Assembly: GCA_038212275.1 (NCBI GenBank)
Contig: JBBQUR010000001.1
Span: 128,001-192,000, forward strand
Length of the DNA: 64,000 nucleotides
Origin: Planctomycetota bacterium
GTDB taxonomy: Bacteria; Planctomycetota; B15-G4
Direction of reading: 5' to 3'
The stretch's first letter is position 1. The number at the start of each line of letters is the position of its first letter. Positions 60,201 to 64,000 of this stretch are shown in pieces. The notes below the pieces were generated by a model that saw nothing but the letters and a program-made list of their open reading frames with translations, ran no database searches and was not told where the DNA came from. Both the position numbers and the translations under genes were made by a program.

Positions 60201-62780
60201 TCAGCGCGCCGCCTCGACGTAGCCCAGCTCGATGAGCTGATTGCGCAACTCGTCGCTCAGCTCGATCGACTGGCGCTCGGTGTTGCCCATGCGCATCGAG
60301 TCCTCCATGGCGGCCAGTCGCCGGCGCAGGCTGTCGAGATCGCTGACCCGGTCCGCGGCGAGATTGTGCGTCTCATCGGGGTCCTGCTTCAGGTCGAAGA
60401 GTTCCCACTCGATGCTGGCCGGCTCGTCGCGCGCATCGGTGGTGTCGCTGTGCACGATCTTCAGCTGCCCTTCGCGCAGGCCGGTGCGCCCATGCAGGTA
60501 GCGGTCGATGTGGGAGAAGAGCGGAGTGGGCGGCGCCGCGGGGCGGCCGCCGCGCACGTAATCCGCCAGCGAGCGGCCGTCGAGGCCTTCGGGCACCGGC
60601 TGGCCGAGCAGGTCGAGCAGCGTGGGGAGGATGTCCACCTGGCTGACCGGCTCGTCGATGCGCAGGCCGGCCGGGGCGCCCGGCATGCGGATGATCAGCG
60701 GGATGTGGATCAGGTCCTGGTAGAGCGTGCCGCGGTGACGGAAATGGCCGTGTTCGAAGAACTCCTCGCCGTGGTCGGCGGTGACGACCACGATCGTGTT
60801 GTCGAGCAGGCCCTTCTCGTCCAGCCTGCCGATGAATTCGCCGAGGCGCGCGTCGGTGTGGTGGATCGTCGCGTCGTAAAGGTCGATGAGCCGTTCGCGC
60901 GCGGCTTCGCTGGGCGGGTTCGTTTCCGCATCGCTCGTGTTGAGGCAACGCTGCGCGTCGAAGTCCGCGGGCAGGTCGTGCGGCCGCGCGAAGAGCTGCT
61001 CATCCGCGAAGGGCGGGTCGTATTCGTGCACCGCGAAGGTGTGGAGGAACACCATCCACTTGCGCCGTCCCTGGGCCGAGATCCAGCGCGCGATGTCGTC
61101 GAGCCCTCCGCCGGAGCGCGCCTGGGCGATGAGCTGCTTGTCCGGGTACACGCCGGCCGCGCTCGGCGCGAGAATCTTCGGCACGACGACCGGGTCGATG
61201 GTGGTGTAGCGGTCGAAGCCCGAGGCGAAGCCGTAGTCTACGGACACGAAACCGCCGCCCGTGAAACCGGCCGTGTGGAAGCCGGCCTCGGAGAGGATGC
61301 GCCCGAGCGTCGGCGTGCGCTGGGCATCGACGCGATCGAGCGTGTCGACGGCCAGGTGATGGGGCGGGAAGAGTCCCGTGAAGATCGAGGCGTGCGTGGG
61401 CAGCGTGTACGACGCGGCGGCGACGAGGTCCGAGAAGACCGTCGACTGGCCGGCGAGCTTGTCGAGAAAGGGCGAAGTCGGGCGGTCGTAGCCTTGGAAG
61501 CCGAGATGGTCGGCGCGCAGCGTGTCGATCGAGATGAGCAGCAGCGACGGCGCGTCGGGTCGCTCGGGGCCGCGCACCTTGGGCTGACCGAAGACCATCG
61601 CGGCGTCGCCGGCCACGGAGAACTCCACGGTCACGGGGCCCTGGATGTCCGGCGGCCACGGAATGAAGCGGTCCGTGAACTGCGGCGCCATGCCCGCCTC
61701 TCCCGTGTGCTCGATGATGTTCGCGAGCATGTGGTCGCCCGGCTGCAGCACGATGCTCCAGCTGGTGGCCGTGCCGGGCGCGAGCGCCGGGTTCGGGTCG
61801 GGACACGTGCCCACGGCGAGGTCCACGGCGCCCTCGGGGACGTTGATCGGGATGGAAAGCGTCTTGCCGGGAGGCACCAGGGCCGAGATGCGGTACTGGC
61901 CGGAGATCTTCAGCCCCGAGATGGACACCTTGCCGTCGCTGGTCGGCACCTCGGTGCTCGGGTCGTAGCCGTGGCGCAGCGTCGGTGTCGAGGCGAGCGA
62001 CACGTTGTCGATGATCAGCGGGCTGTCCCACGTGGCGATCACCACGAGGAAGCCGCGCGTCTCGCCCGCGGGCACACTCATGTCGGTGTAAGTGCGCGCT
62101 TCGGAGAGGCCGGTGCCGGCGTCGGTGCGCCACTGCGCCCTGGGTGTTGCCGCGAGCACCTGCACCAGCCCTGCGAGGTTGCGGGCGGCCTCCGGATTTG
62201 CCGCGCCGCGGGCCGTGAAGGTCTGTTCCTTGAGCTTGAATGCCGGCGCCAGGTAGAGGTTGGGACAGGTACTCTCGGCCTTGGCCGGTGCGCCCCAGAG
62301 CAGCGAGGTCAGCGTGTAGCGCGCCGTCTTCGCCACCGCCTCGTAGCGCACGAGCGCACAGCCCGGCGAAAGAACGACGTGGCCCGCCTGCTGGATGATG
62401 CCCGGTGCACCCTTCGCGGGCACCAGCGACTGCTCGAGTTCGGGAGAACAGCTGAGCAGCCACCAGCCGTCCAGCGCATCGAGACCGTCTTCGAAGACGA
62501 CCCTTCCGTCGAAGGGAAGTGCGTCGCCGGTCTGGAGCTGCCGCACGGGAAACTGCGGGACGGGCCGGGCCTCGGTCGTGCCGGATTCATCGCCCTGCCC
62601 GCATGCCAGCACCAGTCCGAGTGCGGCGCCAAGCGCGAGTCGGATCGTCAGCCTCCGGCCCGGAAGGCCTCCGATCGCGCCCGTGAGGTGAACTGACTGC
62701 GACCGGTTCTGCAACGAATGGCCTGCTCGATGGAAGTTCCGGGCGAGCCCGAGACGTTTGTGGGGCGCGTCCGGGCCCAT
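60201..62780 (-). CDS. Sulfatase/alkaline-phosphatase-fold protein, probable lipoprotein, with long N-terminal region
   Basis: Motifs IDTLRAD, SYTLPTHASIFTG, TADHGEEF, LFDL..DP.E, LIELGY; lipobox-like LVLAC. Start uncertain. Confidence 0.85.
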   Translation of the reverse strand: MGPDAPHKRLGLARNFHRAGHSLQNRSQSVHLTGAIGGLPGRRLTIRLALGAALGLVLACGQGDESGTTEARPVPQFPVRQLQTGDALPFDGRVVFEDGLDALDGWWLLSCSPELEQSLVPAKGAPGIIQQAGHVVLSPGCALVRYEAVAKTARYTLTSLLWGAPAKAESTCPNLYLAPAFKLKEQTFTARGAANPEAARNLAGLVQVLAATPRAQWRTDAGTGLSEARTYTDMSVPAGETRGFLVVIATWDSPLIIDNVSLASTPTLRHGYDPSTEVPTSDGKVSISGLKISGQYRISALVPPGKTLSIPINVPEGAVDLAVGTCPDPNPALAPGTATSWSIVLQPGDHMLANIIEHTGEAGMAPQFTDRFIPWPPDIQGPVTVEFSVAGDAAMVFGQPKVRGPERPDAPSLLLISIDTLRADHLGFQGYDRPTSPFLDKLAGQSTVFSDLVAAASYTLPTHASIFTGLFPPHHLAVDTLDRVDAQRTPTLGRILSEAGFHTAGFTGGGFVSVDYGFASGFDRYTTIDPVVVPKILAPSAAGVYPDKQLIAQARSGGGLDDIARWISAQGRRKWMVFLHTFAVHEYDPPFADEQLFARPHDLPADFDAQRCLNTSDAETNPPSEAARERLIDLYDATIHHTDARLGEFIGRLDEKGLLDNTIVVVTADHGEEFFEHGHFRHRGTLYQDLIHIPLIIRMPGAPAGLRIDEPVSQVDILPTLLDLLGQPVPEGLDGRSLADYVRGGRPAAPPTPLFSHIDRYLHGRTGLREGQLKIVHSDTTDARDEPASIEWELFDLKQDPDETHNLAADRVSDLDSLRRRLAAMEDSMRMGNTERQSIELSDELRNQLIELGYVEAAR

Positions 62781-62878
62781 TGAACCACGGATCGGGACCC
62801 TTGTTGCAGCTCGGACGACGCCCACATCGCTGCCGGGAATGATGTTTCCACCGCCGCACGCACTGCAGGCAGCCGTCG

Positions 62879-64000
62879 TCAGCGCGCCGCCTCGACGTAG
62901 CCGAGTTCGATGAGCTGATCGCGCAGTTCGTCGCTCAGGTCGGCCGGCGACCGCCGCGTGTTGCCGGCGCGCAGGCTCTCCTCGACGGCGTCCAGCCGCT
63001 GGCGCATGGCGTCGAACTCCGCGGGACGCTCTCCTGCGAGATTGCGCGTCTCGTCGGGGTCATGCTGCAGGTCGAAGACTTCCCACTCCACGGAGGCCGG
63101 TTCCGCGCGCACATCGCTGGTGTCGCTGTGCACGATTTTCAGGGGCCCGTCGCGGAGGGACGTGCGCGCATGGAGGACTCTCTCGATGTGCGAGAACAGC
63201 GGCGTCGGCGCAGTGGCCGGATGTCCGCCGCGCACGAAGTCCGCCAGCGAGCGGCCGTCGAGGCCTTCGGGCACCGGCTGGCCGAGCAGCTCGAGCAGCG
63301 TCGGCAGGATGTCCACCTGACTGACCGGCTCGTCGATGCGCAGGCCTCGTGCGGCGTCGGGCATGCGGATCAGCAGCGGCACGTGCACGAGGTCCTGGTA
63401 GAGCGTGCCATGGTGACGGAAGTGGCCGTGCTCGAAGAACTCCTCGCCATGGTCGGCGGTCACGACCACGATGGTGTGCTCGAGCAATCCCTTCGCGTCG
63501 AGCCGGGTGATGAAGTCGCCGAGGCATCGGTCCACGGCGTGAATCGTCGCGTCGTACAGGTCGACGAGGCGCGCGCGCTCGGCTTCGCCGGGAGGGCTGG
63601 TCAGCGCATCGCTCCTGGCGAGGCACTCGTGCGCATCGAAGTCCTCCGGCAGGTCGTGAGGTCTCGCGAAGAGCAGCTCGTCCTCCCGGGGCGGATCGTA
63701 CTCGTGCACTCCGAAGGTGTGGATGAAGGCCATCCAGGAGCGACTGCCCTGGAGCGTGATCCAGCGCTCGGCATCGCCGAGTCCTTCGGCTGAAAAGGGG
63801 CGTCCCGCGAAGCGCTTCCCGGCAGGGAACTCGCCCGTCTCCGGCGTCACGCGCCTGAGCCCGACGACGGGGTCGATGCTGATGAACCGGTCGAAGCCCG
63901 CGGCGAAGCCGTAACCGACGGACATGAAGCCGCCGCCCGTGAAGCCGGCCGTGTGGAAACCCGCATCCGACAGCAGGCGCGAGATCGTCGGCGTGCGCTC
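62879..64000 (-). CDS. Tandem paralog of the sulfatase-fold protein (3' part only)
   Basis: Motifs FTGGG, HEYDPP, YDATIH, TADHGEEFFEHG; same C-terminus LIELGYVEAAR. The frame is open to the window edge. Confidence 0.88.
   Translation of the reverse strand, partial: ERTPTISRLLSDAGFHTAGFTGGGFMSVGYGFAAGFDRFISIDPVVGLRRVTPETGEFPAGKRFAGRPFSAEGLGDAERWITLQGSRSWMAFIHTFGVHEYDPPREDELLFARPHDLPEDFDAHECLARSDALTSPPGEAERARLVDLYDATIHAVDRCLGDFITRLDAKGLLEHTIVVVTADHGEEFFEHGHFRHHGTLYQDLVHVPLLIRMPDAARGLRIDEPVSQVDILPTLLELLGQPVPEGLDGRSLADFVRGGHPATAPTPLFSHIERVLHARTSLRDGPLKIVHSDTSDVRAEPASVEWEVFDLQHDPDETRNLAGERPAEFDAMRQRLDAVEESLRAGNTRRSPADLSDELRDQLIELGYVEAAR

Overview
A high-GC, gene-dense bacterial chromosome segment with no rRNA, tRNA, CRISPR array or transposase. 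It is most consistent with a Planctomycetota genome; this is inferred from the lepA-lepB(long insertion)-lptB order, the long GreA, ECF sigma/anti-sigma cassettes and sulfatase-fold paralogs. Housekeeping genes: partial rRNA pseudouridine synthase, manA, rsmD, split coaB/coaC, prfB with its +1 frameshift, purH, etfAB, lptB, lepB, lepA, rdgB, rph, birA, apt, argS, pyrK and greA. Other content: a ~1730-aa kinase-TPR-GAF-sigma54 activator, two ECF cassettes, a stand-alone sigma28, a thiolase-hbd-acyl-CoA dehydrogenase-meaB-B12 mutase cluster, and tandem sulfatase-fold genes. The most notable observations are: (1) a candidate non-flagellar sigma28 circuit made of an orphan fliA, a 63-aa FlgM-like gene and three sigma28-type promoters; (2) an exact GCGAAGGAT-N15-CACCAAG motif upstream of both the second ECF sigma and its downstream TPR gene, with that sigma apparently needing a CTG start or a frameshift; (3) a mutase with isobutyryl-CoA mutase residues whose B12 subunit has Leu in place of the cobalt-ligating His; (4) a ~150-nt structured, possibly pseudoknotted element between coaC and prfB; (5) several apparent pseudo-enzymes and ~10-11 bp periodic intergenic arrays. 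All calls come from reading motifs by eye; no database searches were run.
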